NCBI GenBank assembly: GCA_012295275.1
Contig: CM022677.1
Coordinates: 25,792,001-25,856,000, forward strand
Direction of reading: 5' to 3'
DNA: 64,000 nt
Source of the DNA: Chrysomallon squamiferum
Taxonomy: Eukaryota > Animalia > Mollusca
Part shown: in pieces, positions 63,300 to 64,000 of the stretch
Numbering within the stretch: position 1 is the stretch's first letter
How the letters are laid out: the number at the start of each line of letters is the position of its first letter
Notes under the pieces: model-generated
The model's input: the letters and a program-made list of their open reading frames with translations, nothing else
The model's database searches: none
What the model was told of the DNA's origin: nothing
Made by a program: the position numbers and the translations under genes

Positions 63300-63550
63300 C
63301 ATCTACTCAAAATGGCGGAGATTTACAAAAGGTTCACAGTCTTGAGGGAATTTCTTGTGCACATGCAATAGAAAATATTATAACATCAATTCACTACACT
63401 GCTTCCGTGTATCTAGTATATAAATCTATCAAAAAAATAATTTTCAAATTGACAATATCAACAAAATTAGTTTAACATACCACCAACACAAGAACGGCAA
63501 CCCTCGCTTGTCAATTTTATCAAGTCACGTGACTAATCAGTGCGCGAAAC
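63300..63550 (-). promoter_or_regulatory. Putative promoter and non-coding first exon of the POGZ-like gene
   Basis: Palindromic E-box GTCACGTGAC (63524-63533), YY1-type AAAATGGCGG (~63308), minus-strand donor GTG|GTATGT at 63480, and local CpG enrichment. The ATG at 60307 directly follows an acceptor. Confidence 0.4.
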
Positions 63551-63898
63551 CTTAAGTCGGTAGTTTTCCGAATGATTAATCAAACGGTGTATTTGTTAAA
63601 ATGATTATTACATCTTCAGAAGATAACGTTTTCGCTTTCCATGCAATATGTAACAAATATTTTTTAAATATAAATTGTACAGTAATTAATTAAGCGTTCT
63701 GCTGTCGAGAGTTTATTGAACGGATAATACTTTCTATGTGACGAATAGCTGTTATCTGTATCAGCATGTTTATCAAAACTAATTTGTAGAAGTTAGTTTT
63801 ATTTCGTTTATTTACTTTTTTATATTAATTAAATTTAATGTCATAATATTATGAATATATCATTGATTAGAAAATGTATTTCATTATATATATATACA

Positions 63899-64000
63899 CA
63901 GGGTGTCCATAAAGTTACTATACAGTTCAAATGAAAACAACTGTATTAAATAGGCATACTAAAAACAACAATAAAATAGGTATATTTATTCCAAGCTGTA
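63899..64000 (+). mobile_element. Possible Tc1/mariner-type terminal inverted repeat (truncated by window end)
   Basis: CAGGGTGTCCATAAAGTT follows a (TA)n run and resembles the CAGGGTG start of mariner-like TIRs; the partner TIR is not visible. Confidence 0.3.

Overview
AT-rich, microsatellite-dense animal genomic DNA with GT-AG introns (invertebrate; a mollusc/lophotrochozoan is my inference only). Most ORFs in the track are microsatellite artefacts. Reading splice sites and exon phases by hand gives five genes. Three + strand genes (17.2-21.5, 23.9-27.8, 35.1-41.4 kb) encode type-I membrane proteins with 2, 1 and 4 atypical thrombospondin type-1 repeats (TSR). A - strand gene (29.7-33.1 kb) has the same exon/phase plan and a copy of the third TSR gene's signal-peptide exon, but its ectodomain is made of Tyr/Lys/Pro and YQPPPGQDQG repeats; the two genes are head-to-head across a compact putative bidirectional promoter. 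A 17-exon - strand POGZ/ZNF280-family zinc-finger gene (44.6-60.3 kb) has no recognisable transposase domain. The most striking pattern is that many introns carry tandem copies of their own splice junctions. One 2.5 kb POGZ-like intron consists entirely of 40 copies of its donor junction plus 6 copies of its acceptor junction. Bases 1-17 kb hold degenerate repeats and no confident gene. All gene models are hand-derived, with no RNA or database support.
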